This document shows positions 23,801-35,360 of a stretch of DNA of 64,000 nt, piece after piece. The position numbers were made by a program, and so were the translations under genes. Origin of the DNA: Takakia lepidozioides. Lineage: Eukaryota; Plantae; Bryophyta. Under the pieces are notes generated by a model. It saw only the letters and a program-made list of their open reading frames with translations. It searched no databases and was not told the DNA's origin. The stretch spans positions 17,856,001 to 17,920,000 of the forward strand of contig CM060732.1 in NCBI GenBank assembly GCA_030704615.1, given 5' to 3'. The number at the start of each line of letters is the position of its first letter. Within the stretch, counting starts at the first letter, position 1.

Positions 23801-25075
23801 ATTAAGGATTATTTGAGCAATGATTGGGCCAGACACTATGATAGGAGACTTTGCGGTAGTACCTTGTAATCTTTTCATCTCCTCTACTAGTGCGTTGTAC
23901 ATTATGTCCGCCCATTGTACCTCTTGTCCCTTCAGGCCTTTGAGTATTTCCTCTGTGAAGGATCTGCTCAAATATTGTTGGTTCTGTTTCAGGGCAATCA
24001 GAACGTTCAATACCTGGCCTATCTCTTTTAACCCTGGGTACACAGCTTTGGTACAAGCATAACCCTGAGTTTTAAAGAAACTCCCTTCTTGGAATAAGTC
24101 CCCTATTTGCAGTCTTGCCCTGTGTTCCTCCACATGCACCTGACCTGCTGGCAATCGAAACAATTGCTGGAGGTATAGGGGAGTAATCATTAATTCAACT
24201 CCCTTCACCGTTGTTGTTCCTGTCCTTGGCTCAAAGTTCTGCAAAAATTGTAACATGTACTGTCTATGGTGTAGTGTCCAATCTAGGCTTTGCAATCCTT
24301 CCAATCTCAGCTCCTCCAGTATCTTTATCGCCTGTGGGGTAGCCATCGTTTGTTTCTGCAGAATTGTGGTGCTCTTCACCCTGATTTCCTCCATTCCTCT
24401 CACTCTCTTCATTTTAGACTCACAGAACTGCTTTGGCTGTAACAACTGCAGGAATGCCTGTAGTGCACAAAGCATAAACGTATGGTTGCCGCAGAAAGCT
24501 ATGGGTAATTTCTTGTAAGCCTGCGGGGCTTGCAAGCATTGCTCAAGAGAAAAGCTCTGCTCTGTCCTTTCGTGTCTATGCCACTGCGTAAGTAATATTG
24601 CGAGCGTATAGTCTGTTAGTTCCTCCATAGTTTCCAAGTTATAGCATTTATGGCCTGTCCTGTCGAGACGCCCGTTACTCAGAACGACGCCGCCTCTTGC
24701 GCTCAATTTCCCTCCATTTTCTTGATCCTTTCTCTGGTTTTCTATTGGCTGTATCCGCTGTGACTGGATTTTAAATTTTATCTTCTTTAGTGGACTTTCC
24801 CTCTTGGATAGTCCACTAGGATCACACATGTGACAAGAATTCGGCTTTTCTGTACTTGCCGTTCGTTCCGTTTCCCTTTTTCCGTACTCATTAATGGGCC
24901 TGGCTTTCATCCCTTTTGACGGCCGTTCTTGTCTTCTTTCTTTTTGACACCTGTCCTTGCACTTCATTGTCTGCTGTGTGTCGCGCCCTGACCTCCACGT
25001 GTCTATTTTTAAAGTAATTTCCGTTTCCTCTTCCGTCATCCATTTTCCTGAAGTTATTATGTGTCCACTTGTCAC
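20864..25075 (-). CDS. Extra post-pol coding region: ORF pieces 25075-23285, 23324-21975, 21966-21151 and about 21185-20864; probably one ~1400-aa frameshifted ORF
   Basis: Contiguous or overlapping long ORFs of 596, 449 and 271 aa plus a tail. Includes a plant-transposon-protein-like segment (TVKGVELMITPLYLQQLFRLP) and a long coiled coil. Confidence 0.75.
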
Positions 25076-25140
25076 TGATTCTATGGATGGTGTAACTTTA
25101 GTAGGCTGTGTTGAGCTGTGACAGGCTGTGTCATACTGTG

Positions 25141-27390
25141 TTACGCTGTGATAGGCTGTGATGCACTGTGGTAAGCTGTGATAGGCTGTGACACGCTGTG
25201 GTAGGTTGTTATAGGCTGTGTTGCGCCGTGCTGGGCTGTGATAGGCTGTGTTGCGCCTTGCTGGGCTGTGATAGGCTGTGTCACGTCGTGATGGGCTGTG
25301 ATAGGCTGTGTCATGTCGTGATGGGCTGTGATAGGCTGTGTCACGTTTGTTTTGCCCACCCTGGTCATATATGCTGGGCCTAGCACAAGTGTTCCATACT
25401 CCGTTCGTAACACTGGTGCAGCCCGTGACTGTTCTTGCTTGCGTTCAACATGCAAATCATGCTGCAGGGGTTTGTCATGGATACCACTGTACCCCTTCAA
25501 CTTATTTGCATTGACTCTTCCCAGCATTTCTTTGTTAATGGTTTGTAACATGGCGGTGTTGTTATCATACATCTTTTGTATGACATAAGGTCCTTTCCAT
25601 GGTGATTTAAGCTTAGAAGCTTGAATCTTTCCTTTCTTCTGCAACCATAGAACCAAATCCCCCGTCTTAAAAGTCTTTAACTTGCCTTCATCAAACTGTT
25701 CCTTTCGCTTCATCTGAATTCTGGTCATATTATCAGCTGCATCAGCACGTACTTCTTCCACATGGTATAATTCATGTTTCCTGACCTTGATGGAGTCTTG
25801 CAATTCCATTCTTTTTCCCCACTCCGTTCTCATGGTAGGTAACAGGAATTCCACTGGAAGTAAGGCTTCCATACCATAAACTAATTGGAATGGTGTATAC
25901 TTAGTGGTGACTTTATATGAAGTCCTGTATGACCATAAAGCTGTCAGCAGCTTTGTATCCCAATCCGTTCTGTTTGCATTGACTATCTTAGCCAAGATAG
26001 TACATAGTATTTTGTTGGTAGCCTCTGCCTGCCCATTACCCTGTGGGTAATATGTTGTACTCTTTCTATGCACAATCATAAACTCTTTAGTCAACAACTC
26101 AATGGTCTCATTCATGAAGTGACTTCCTTGATCACTGATAAATTCTAAGGGACAGCCAAATCGTGTAAGTATGTTCTCGTACAGGAACCTTGCTGTGGAC
26201 TTGGCTGTGTTGTCCCTCAAAGCTTTAGCTTCCACCCACTTTGTAGTATAATCAGTGGCTGTAATTATGTACCTGTTTCGTGTATTCTTGGATGGTGGAT
26301 TAATTGGTCCAACAAAGTCTAGTCCCCATTTCTGAAATGGTTCCGTAGGCATTGTAGGATGCAAGGCCATCCTTCCAGATCTCTGCAAAGGTCCTAGCCT
26401 CTGACATTCATCACACTTCTGACAATACTCGTGTACATCTTTGAACAAAGTAGGCCACCAGTATCCTGCGAGTAGTATCTTTCTACTGGTAGTCTCTTCT
26501 CCAAAATGACCTCCAGCCACTCCTTTATGAACTTCCTCCAAGACTTTATTTACTTCATGGTGGTACAAGCATCGTTTTAGTACTCCATCAGGTCCTAACT
26601 TATACATTCTGCTTCCTACCATAGTATAAGGTAAAGCTTTGATAGCAATTCTCTTCCTCTGCTCCTTACCATAACTAGGTGGGCACTGACCATGAGCAAG
26701 GTAGTATCTGATTGGCCACTGCCAATCTAACCATTCATCTGCACTTCCTTGCACCTCCATTACAAATAAACTCGCATCAGGTAACTGATCGTCCACTCCT
26801 GTGGCGGCCTCTCCTGTTGTTAGTCGTGACAAATGATCTGCCACAAGATGCAAACGGCCAGGCTTGTAAATAACCTCGAACTCAAACTCATGCAAGATTA
26901 TTAACCACCTCGCTATCCTTCCACTTATCAAAGGTTTGTTCACCAGATATATCAGAGCCTGGTGATCCACATAAAACATAAACTTTCTTCCCAATAGGTA
27001 ATGCCTGAATTTCTTGACTGCATAAATCATTGCCAATGCTTCTCTTTCCGTTGTGCTATAGTTCCTCTCAGCACTGTTCATCAACCGGCTAGCATAGTAC
27101 ACAGGTGAATCTATATTCCCTGTAACATTCTGGGCTAACACCGCACCCAACGCTTCTCCTGATGCATCGCAGTGAACATGAAATACTACATGCCAGTGAG
27201 GGTTAATCAGCACAGGTGTAGTTGTTACTGACAGTGTAAGTTCCTCAAACGCCTGTTGACATTCAGCTGTCCAGGCAAACACTGCATCTTTCTTCAGAAG
27301 CTTGCTCAATGGTGCTGCTATTTGTGCATACCTTTTGACAAATCTTCTGTAATAACTGGTTTGCCCAAGGAATCTCGTAGACTTTTAACA
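25141..27390 (-). CDS. pol: pol 3' part: RT connection, RNase H, integrase, and a QPITA tandem-repeat tail
   Basis: VHCDASGEALGAVL, RNYSTTEREALA, an HHCC zinc finger, WGLDFVGP...ISDQGSHF...GQAEATNK and WKGPY. Confidence 0.95.
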
Positions 27391-27391
27391 T

Positions 27392-29197
27392 TCACTGGGG
27401 TGGAGAGGCTTTAATGGACTCTGTCTTCCTGGGATCCACAAGGAGTCCCTTCTTACACACAATGTGTCCCAGAAGCACCCCTGAGTTCACACAGAAAGTA
27501 CACTTCTCTGGATTCAGGCCCAGACCTCTCATCCTGCATCTGGCCAAACATAACTCCAATTTATGCAAGTGCTCACTCTTAGAGCTGTACACACTGAAAT
27601 CATCCAAGAATACCTGCATGAAATCATCCAGATACTCATGAAAAGATTCACTTATCACTCTCTGAAAGGTCGCTGGTGCATTACAAAGTCCAAAGGGCAT
27701 GACTTTGTATGCATAAGCCCCCCAGTCTGTGATGAAAGCTGTTTTCCCTTGGTCTTCTTCTGCCACTTGCACTTGATTATAACCACTGAAGCCATCCATG
27801 AATGAGTACATCTCATGGCCTGCCACAGTGTCTAATACTGCTTCTGTGAATGGCAAAGGGAAAGGATCTTTCTTCGTACAAGCATTCAGCTTCTTATAGT
27901 TCACACATACTCTTAGTTTGCCATTCTTCTTGGGAACTATAACAATGGGTGACAACCAAGTTGTATACTCTATTGGGTATATAAACTTAGCCTCAGCCAA
28001 CTTCTTTATCTCTTCTCCAACCTTCTGTGCGTAGTTGGGATTCATTCTATACCTCGCCTGCTTGATTGGTACTGACCCTGGTTCCAGTTCAATCTTATGC
28101 TGACAGACTTCAGGTGGTATCCCTTTTAGATCCTCATAGCTCCAAGCAAATACATCTCTGTATTTGATGAACAAGCTTTTAGCTTCTTCGAAGAATTCCG
28201 GCTCCAAATCAGCTCCTACTTTCACCATCCTCGGTTCCTCCTGAGTTCCCACATTTACTTCTCTCACCTGCTCATCAGCTGTGATTGTCCAACCAGTCAC
28301 CACTTCATCCTGTAAGCTCACAGTGGCTGGTTCTTCTAGGATTTCTATTTCTCCTTCTCTCTCTTCATAGAAATGTGATGGGTAAATGCTGGTTTCCTCT
28401 TCAGTTGGTGTTGCTGTCACTACACCACAGCAGATACCTCTCAAACAACTTAGGCTTTCCAGCCGCATCTCTGCAACCTGCTCCCACTCTGGGTGTGCAG
28501 CAAATAGGGTAGCTTCCTGCTCCTCATCCAGTCCTCCTCTCCAGTCATACTCTCTGACTCCTCGAGGTCTTCTTGTAGCAGGTAATCTACTAGATTTCTT
28601 TGTGGTAATTTGTATCTCGTGTATCCCATTATGCACGGTTAGTAACTGAGAATTCCAGTCATGGAATACCCTGGCCTGTTTCAGCCACGGACGTCCCAAT
28701 AATAAGGAGTAAGCCTCCATGACTTCATCCATTTTTAATACAGTTACTGTGATCATAAAGATCATTTTCTGTATCTGTATCTTAACTCCTCTTATTAATC
28801 CCAATGGCTGTACACTTCTTTGATCTGCCATTGTTACTGTAAATGGGGCTGGTTTCATGTTACTTAGACCAAGCTTCTTCCTTAATTGGTCTGTCATGAT
28901 ATTTACTCCAGAACCACCATCTATCAGTACATCAGTTAGTTCTGTGCTTCCAATTCTCAATTGGATTACTGGCATAGAATCATCAAAGTCCATGACTGGT
29001 TCTCGCCCTTCCGGCTTCACATTATAACTGGTCACCTTGCTGTTCAGGTCTGTGTTTCCTGTCTCTTGGGCAATTCGATTGATTGCCTGATACAGCCTGT
29101 GCCTACAATAAGGTGCCACAGCTAATAGCTGTCCAATGGTAATTTCTGCTTTGGTCTGACATATTACTGCAGCCAAAGTCTCTTCATTACTTTGCAT
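27392..29197 (-). CDS. pol: pol 5' part: aspartic protease and reverse transcriptase
   Basis: LIDGGSGVNIM, WLSPIVIVPKKNGKLRVCV, DGFSGYNQV, VMPFGLCNAPATFQR and FLDDF. Confidence 0.95.
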   Translation of the reverse strand: MQSNEETLAAVICQTKAEITIGQLLAVAPYCRHRLYQAINRIAQETGNTDLNSKVTSYNVKPEGREPVMDFDDSMPVIQLRIGSTELTDVLIDGGSGVNIMTDQLRKKLGLSNMKPAPFTVTMADQRSVQPLGLIRGVKIQIQKMIFMITVTVLKMDEVMEAYSLLLGRPWLKQARVFHDWNSQLLTVHNGIHEIQITTKKSSRLPATRRPRGVREYDWRGGLDEEQEATLFAAHPEWEQVAEMRLESLSCLRGICCGVVTATPTEEETSIYPSHFYEEREGEIEILEEPATVSLQDEVVTGWTITADEQVREVNVGTQEEPRMVKVGADLEPEFFEEAKSLFIKYRDVFAWSYEDLKGIPPEVCQHKIELEPGSVPIKQARYRMNPNYAQKVGEEIKKLAEAKFIYPIEYTTWLSPIVIVPKKNGKLRVCVNYKKLNACTKKDPFPLPFTEAVLDTVAGHEMYSFMDGFSGYNQVQVAEEDQGKTAFITDWGAYAYKVMPFGLCNAPATFQRVISESFHEYLDDFMQVFLDDFSVYSSKSEHLHKLELCLARCRMRGLGLNPEKCTFCVNSGVLLGHIVCKKGLLVDPRKTESIKASPPQ

Positions 29198-31485
29198 GTC
29201 TGCATCTTTTTTTTCCTTTCTTCCTCACTCCCTTCTTTTTCTCCATCCGAATCAGAGGAATCTGCCACAGGAATATCAGTACTCTTTTGCATTTCCCTTA
29301 TAGTATCTGCCACTTCCTTGTGCAGTTCCTTCTCATCTTTCCAAGTCTCTTCATCTTCAGGCATATCATTGCCACTTCCAGTCTCATCTTCTTCCTCTTC
29401 TACTGGAGGTATTAGTTTGGCTTTACTTCTTGTTACTATCATTGTACTTACTTCTGGTACAACACATGGCCTAACCATGTGAGCTGCCACCACTGGGCCC
29501 TCATTCACAGGAGCTCTCATCTCATTCTGGTGTCTTATCCAGAATGAACAGGCTGCCTTGCGATGTCCTGGCTGATTACAATAGTAACATAGCTCTTCAC
29601 CATTGGGTCCTCGCCCTTGGTCTGTTCTTGGATTATTTCTATAATCCTGATTCCCGGGCTGGTAATTCCCCCTTGGATTACCCTGATAGTTGCCTCTGGA
29701 ATTTCCTTGGTAATTCCCTCTTGAATTACCTCTCCCTTCCATGCCATTGTTATAACCACCAGACCTACCATAGTGGTCCTGATCATTGTTTCTTCTTGGC
29801 TGGGGCTGCACCTGATGCACCCTTACTTGCCTAGGTTCTCTTGCAGCTGTCCTTCTGTTGTAGTAACAATTCTCAGTAGAATGGTTATCCATTTTACAGA
29901 TAGTACAGTGTTTCTCCTTCATGTGGCATTCTGTGGTGGTATGGCCTTCATTCTGGCACTTTGCACACCATACACCCTTCCTCCAATGTGTTGCAGCCTC
30001 TGTGGCATACTTCTTCAAGATTTCTTCCAATTTTTTTTCATAGTTATCCCTCTTCAACTTCTCCTTTCTCTTACTCTTTCTTTTTAGTTCTTGCTCTTCT
30101 TCTTCATCTGACTCATCCTCAGAGTCCTCATCTTCTTTTTTCTCTCTCCTGAGCATTCCCAATTGCTCAATTCTGTTCGCAGTTTCAAATGCCTCCTCCA
30201 CTGTATTATGGGGTAACATATCCACTTTCTTTTGCAACTCTGGTCTTAATCCACTCACAAACCAAGTCTTCTGTAAACCGGGCGCTGGTACTGCAGCCAG
30301 CTTTTTCATCATCAATTCCATCTTCTCCATATACTCTTCAACAGTTTCATGCTTCTTCTGCTTCAGCTGTTGTAAACTTCCATACACTTCATCCTCAGTT
30401 TTACTTGTCCTGAACCTATTTCGAAATGCTGTATTCAAGCCATTCCAGGTTAGGAAATGATTATCAGGGAATCTTGCATACCATTCACTTGCTTTCTTGA
30501 TAAGTGAACAAGGAAACAGTCTCATCTTGGCATCATCGCCATTCTCATTGTTCACTATACACATGTGCTCAAATTGGCTAATGTGTACATCGGGATCCCC
30601 TTTTCCTGAATATATTGGAAAGGGTGGTTTTGCCCGTGTTGGTTGTAACGCCATCTGTGGCCCTACCTTCTGCCCACTGACAGGTGCTGGCACCCTTGCT
30701 GGTGCTGGTCCTTCTGGACCTGTTGTTTTTGTGGTGGATCTTCCACCAAGTGGTGGCCCTTGAGCACTCCTTGCTTCTGGCCCCACGATATTCACAGTAT
30801 TCCCAGCTTCAGTTGCACTACTTCCCACACTCCCTGTCCCCCCAGAGCCAGATCCAGGCAGCCCGCCTGATCCCCCTGAGCCGACACCTTCGTTGGCCTG
30901 TGATCCAAGTGCTCCACTTGATCCAGGTCCAACGGGTTGGGATGTCCTGGTTGTAGTCTCAACCTCAGCTGTTGGGTCTACTTCTTCATATTCTTCCTCT
31001 TCTAATTTCTTCTCTCTGTTTTCATCCTCCAAGTTCTGCCCTTGGGTTTCTTCTTCACTCATGTAACTCAACTGTAATGGTGTTGGAGAGTCTGAACTCT
31101 CCGTTGGCTCTGCCACATCCTCTTCTCCTTCTTCATCTTCTGCTTCAGAAACTGGAGTTCCTGCTTTTGGTGTTCCATGCCAACTCTTATCAAAGATTTC
31201 TGTCAAGTCTTTTATCCAAGGATGTACCTCAGATCTTTCACCTCGTGATTGATCTTCTTCCTGTACCAATTCCCTTAATCTTTCTTGCAAAGAAACAGAA
31301 GGAGTGGCATCCAACTCTAGTTCTTCCGGTATAGGTGATGCACTCTTTGATCTTGATGGTGTGAGAGGTCCAGATGATTCCCCTATGTCTATTCCTCTCT
31401 CCCAAAGATATGGATAATTAGCTTTCAGATAGCTTTCTCTTTTTGCTGAATATCTCTGTCGTCTAGCTTCTCTTTCATCACTCAT
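29164..31485 (-). CDS. gag: gag with three CCHC zinc knuckles
   Basis: FPIYSGKGDPDVHISQFE...RLFPCSL...EWY...TWNGLNTAFRNRF; CAKCQNEGHTTTEC, CTICKMDNHSTENC and CYYCNQPGHRKAAC. Confidence 0.93.
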   Translation of the reverse strand: MSDEREARRQRYSAKRESYLKANYPYLWERGIDIGESSGPLTPSRSKSASPIPEELELDATPSVSLQERLRELVQEEDQSRGERSEVHPWIKDLTEIFDKSWHGTPKAGTPVSEAEDEEGEEDVAEPTESSDSPTPLQLSYMSEEETQGQNLEDENREKKLEEEEYEEVDPTAEVETTTRTSQPVGPGSSGALGSQANEGVGSGGSGGLPGSGSGGTGSVGSSATEAGNTVNIVGPEARSAQGPPLGGRSTTKTTGPEGPAPARVPAPVSGQKVGPQMALQPTRAKPPFPIYSGKGDPDVHISQFEHMCIVNNENGDDAKMRLFPCSLIKKASEWYARFPDNHFLTWNGLNTAFRNRFRTSKTEDEVYGSLQQLKQKKHETVEEYMEKMELMMKKLAAVPAPGLQKTWFVSGLRPELQKKVDMLPHNTVEEAFETANRIEQLGMLRREKKEDEDSEDESDEEEEQELKRKSKRKEKLKRDNYEKKLEEILKKYATEAATHWRKGVWCAKCQNEGHTTTECHMKEKHCTICKMDNHSTENCYYNRRTAAREPRQVRVHQVQPQPRRNNDQDHYGRSGGYNNGMEGRGNSRGNYQGNSRGNYQGNPRGNYQPGNQDYRNNPRTDQGRGPNGEELCYYCNQPGHRKAACSFWIRHQNEMRAPVNEGPVVAAHMVRPCVVPEVSTMIVTRSKAKLIPPVEEEEDETGSGNDMPEDEETWKDEKELHKEVADTIREMQKSTDIPVADSSDSDGEKEGSEEERKKKMQTCKVMKRLWLQ

Positions 31486-31506
31486 GTCCCATGTCTTTCA
31501 TTTCTT

Positions 31507-32052
31507 TTAATGTGGCAATAACCAAAACTCTCTTCTGTAATATCTCTCGTATATGCCTGGGTTTCTTTCAAGCTTCAATGCACCCTTGGCTATACTTGAA
31601 GTCTCCGTTACCATATAACCATATGGCAAACAAGTCTGAAAAGCTGTTCTTGGTGTGAGTTTGATCCACAAAATATCCTTTGGAATCCAATTCTTTACCA
31701 GTACAAGCTCTTCATGCATATGAGTATAAACATTCACCTTTCTTTCTTCCCAGCCTTCAAACTCTACTCGTTTAATGGATAGCAATGCTATCACATAAAC
31801 CAATGTTGGTAACCAACGTGCTCTTCCTCTACAGGCTACCTGATAAATCTTTATCACTCCTTTCTCCAGACCCCATTCTGGATCAGCATCATGCACTCGT
31901 TTAAGAATATTTTCTTTACAACCGTCTGGCAATTCCAAGAACCTTTGAAAGAATCGTTTGGACAATCTTTCTTCCTTCGTTCCACAGGGAATTTGATTCA
32001 CTTCAAATTCTTTAATGGTCCAACCACCATGATCCCACCAGATGCCTGTCAC
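31507..32052 (-). CDS. Extra ORF between PBS and gag (unknown function)
   Basis: A 181-codon open frame ending 22 nt before the gag ATG. It has no early in-frame ATG; the ATG at 32066 is out of frame. Confidence 0.5.
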   Translation of the reverse strand: MTGIWWDHGGWTIKEFEVNQIPCGTKEERLSKRFFQRFLELPDGCKENILKRVHDADPEWGLEKGVIKIYQVACRGRARWLPTLVYVIALLSIKRVEFEGWEERKVNVYTHMHEELVLVKNWIPKDILWIKLTPRTAFQTCLPYGYMVTETSSIAKGALKLERNPGIYERYYRREFWLLPH

Positions 32053-32073
32053 ATCTGGTTGTTCATGTCCCAG

Positions 32074-32091
32074 TCCCCAGTATGGTCGCCA
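32074..32091 (-). other. Primer-binding site TGGCGACCATACTGGGGA (tRNA-Arg-like)
   Basis: Starts 2 nt after the 5' LTR and resembles Ogre/Tat-type TGGCGAC...CTGGGGA PBSs. The tRNA identity is inferred. Confidence 0.75.
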
Positions 32092-32093
32092 AA

Positions 32094-33100
32094 TGTCGCG
32101 CGGCTTTTACTCACCCATCCCTTCGCTATCCGAGGCGGAAACTCCAAGATAGAAGAGTTGGAAATCTCTAAGTACTCAGCCCGCGCAGAACAATCAGTCA
32201 TGACCTACAGCTAGTGTATCATGGGGGTGTTTCCTATTTGTTTCCCTTTTCGCATTCATCTTAGCTACCTTACCATTGATAATTAAGTATCAGTTTGCTT
32301 CATCAATCTATCGGTTTCCTTCACTCATCCATTCAATCCACAGCTTCACTCAGATCTCTCTACACAGTGTGATTGTATCGTGTAAGTATCAGATTATGAT
32401 TTATCAGGTATCAGGCCGAAGCCATTATGTCTCTAATCTGCTCTACAATATCACTACCGCTTTGCATATAACAAGCATCTACTAATCCTCTTTCCTCCTT
32501 CACCGTGCTCTCCATCTTTTGCTTCCGATCTCCGCTCCAGCCTGACTAAGAAGTCCTCCTCCGAATAATGATCCCCCTCAATTCCCCGTTTTTCCCTTTA
32601 TCTTCCTATCCGCAGTTCTAACCGTTTCCCTCACTAACCGTCGTCTGTGAACTAACATGTTCCCTTCGCAGGTGTTGTTCCCCACAGTCGTTCCCTGTCC
32701 TACTCTTCGTTCCCTATGATCGTGACAGCTGTGTCAAGCTGTGACTGGCTGTGTGAAACTGTGACGGGCTGTGACTGGCTGTGCGGGCTGTGACGACTGT
32801 GACGGGCTGTGTGGGGCTGTGTGGGCTGTGACGGGCTGTGTTGGCTGTGTGGGCTGTGACAACTGTGACGGGCTGTGTGGGCTGTGTGGGCTGTGACGAC
32901 TGTGACGGCTGTGTGGGCTGTGTGGGCTGTGACGACTGTGACGGGCTGTGTGGGCTGTGTGGGCTGTGATGACTGTGTAACCCCCCTCTACAGTGCGCTG
33001 CTGTCACCCCTAAGGCTCCTGTTGGTCTCAGTCTGTGCAAAAATTAAGGGTACCCTACAGATCCCGTATAAGTGTCTAAGTCCCCTACAGTCCTCTAACA
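32094..33100 (-). repeat. 5' LTR (1007 bp)
   Basis: TG...CA ends; matches 19793-20825; followed by the TSD TTCTC. Confidence 0.95.
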
Positions 33101-34304
33101 TTCTCCACTATTGTGTGCACGACATTCTTCGACATTAATTGAAGGTTGGGAGTGGAAGTGACAACCGTGGGTTGCTGGGTAATATCTGCCCACGGGGAAA
33201 CAAGGTCAATGTCCAGGGTTGTCTCAGATGCCCCCACCGCGACAGCAGCAGGCCGGAGTTCTGCATGCGCCTCCACTACCGCACAGTGTGACAGAACTGC
33301 ACGAGGACGCGTAAGTTCCTTGGTAGGGGTGTCGTCCCCTCCACCTGGGCCAACATGCTCCACCTGCACATCATCCTCGAATGCATCAACGGGAGTGACG
33401 TTACCTGGTGACATGCCAGGCAAGTCAAACCTGTCCTCCAGACGTCTTGAGGCTGAAGGGCCAGCGATGCACAAGCTGTTTGCTATGGATGAGCCCACTA
33501 AGGCAGGTGAGGAAATGCTGATCCCAAATTTCTCAGCCATGGCCTTCTGGTACATCATCACATGCGATATTGTAGCCTTCAAATCCATCATATCTTTGTG
33601 TTGTGCACCCTTGCTCTTTCCATATCCTCCACTTTGCGAGCAATTGCTGAATACCCAGAGGTCCCCTCCTGCAAGGTCCACGCAAGTCCATGAACAACAT
33701 GAGAACATCATGCCGTTGGTAGGGAAAATGCCTAGAACAAAATAATCGACAAAAAATGGGAGAAAGAATGATCACGTGGATCTCACCATCCGCTCGCTGG
33801 TCAATGTTCTGCTTACTGAACCTTCCTGGATTTCATGCAACGATGGACTTCAGCCTCGCTCCTTTGCGTGCATTTGTCATGTACCAGCTCAGTATGCTAG
33901 CATGGTCAACCTGACGAGCGACATACCATTCTGTGACAACAGTGATTGAACAGAGGTTTGTCAGACATACTGTTGGGATGCAACCAATATTGGTATCCCC
34001 GCGCCCACTAACCTAGTCACTATGTCTGCAGTAATACAGAGAGCTGAGTGACAAATGCAGCTAATGCAGAAGAGTAATCACCAGCACAACACTACCCTAT
34101 GTTAATGACCACAAAAAGTCATGTTAACACTCACACTCACTCTCACTATTGCAGTTTCAAATACTGCCCTGACATCATCATTGCACGACAACTCTGATCA
34201 GACCCTCCTCTATCCACACTTACAGATTGGTATGTAAAATGAGGACCCTACCCACTTCACAACTTTGCCAGGTTCGGGTAATCCGGGTTTTCTAGTAATC
34301 CAAT

Positions 34305-35152
34305 AATCCGGGTTTTCCAGATATCCTCTAGAAAACCCTTCACACAAGCATCAATCTACTGTGTGTGATTTGCCCAAAAACTAGGCCTCAGGAAGGCCTG
34401 GGCTTTTGGCTCAGCCTCTCAACTTTCAAAGTTGGTGAACAGGGGTACAGGCACAATTCCTTGATTGAATTGAAGACAGCGTCTCTTTGGTGAGAGAACC
34501 CCGGACAGTGTATCAGAAAATGAATACTGTCTTCAGATTGCCCACACAACGGACAATTGCACTCTCCCTTTCCTCTCTGCTTCTGTTTGCTGTTCAAAGG
34601 TAGGCTTGCTTCCTGCCCCTGAGTTTAAATTTCAGTCTAGTGCCGAGAGTGGGTAGACCCTTGAGGTCATCCAAGATGTCCACCCCCATGTCACTGACTA
34701 GAAAGAAGTTCAGGGAAGTTCTCTGCCTAACTTCATTTCATCAGACAATCTCATGGCAACAAACATGGCTTCAGACACTACAGCCTCTAAGGCAGATTTA
34801 TCCAGCAGGGTCAAGACTTGCGGATCCAGGTCCAGGTCCTTGAGAATCTTTTCTACTCTCTTCTGCCAGGACTTAGCCTGTTTGACAGGGCGGTCCTGTT
34901 TCCAAGATATAGAGTCGATCAACTTAGGATATCTGGTGTTGGGCATATGTTGCAACAGACCCCACCATCTGACCTTGAATTCATCTCGTCGGGAGCTTAA
35001 GGATGGAATGCCAAACTCACCCCGAACAACCACATTGGCTGTTTTGGAGCATGCTGACATACACTCCTTAAGCACCCCCACTTGAATGGATTCTAGAGAC
35101 TTAGCCTGGTTGGAGCTATCAACCCATATAGCAGATCTGTACTCCAAGGCAG
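34305..35152 (-). mobile_element. LINE ORF2 3' fragment, copy 3 (intronic)
   Basis: EYRSAIW...LESIQ...VRGEFGIPSLSSRR...RWWGLL...RYPK; CPLCGQSEDSIHFLIHCP. Confidence 0.78.
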
Positions 35153-35360
35153 GTCCCCCCTTAAAGAAAAGCCTTCAAGCACCTTGCGACAAGGTGAATG
35201 AACACTTTAGTTCACTCCACAGGCAACACCCCTTCAAGAAAAACCTGATTGCCGGGGACATAATTTGGAGAATTCAATGACAAAGCCTGGTGGCACTTCG
35301 TACTTCCCTCCTAACATGGTGTAAAATGGGGGAAATGGACACCCCATTATACATTGTACT

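Larger units (their letters stand above)
19793..33100 (-). mobile_element. Full-length non-chromovirus Ty3/gypsy LTR retrotransposon (OTA/Phygy-Selgy-like) with extra ORFs
   Basis: TG...CA LTRs at 19793-20825 and 32094-33100; 5-bp TSD TTCTC at 19788-19792 and 33101-33105; PBS and PPT present; order gag-PR-RT-RH-INT; no chromodomain. Confidence 0.97.

Noticed and set aside
20864-25075. env gene call
   Set aside because: No evident signal peptide or fusion-protein hallmarks; only one moderate hydrophobic stretch.
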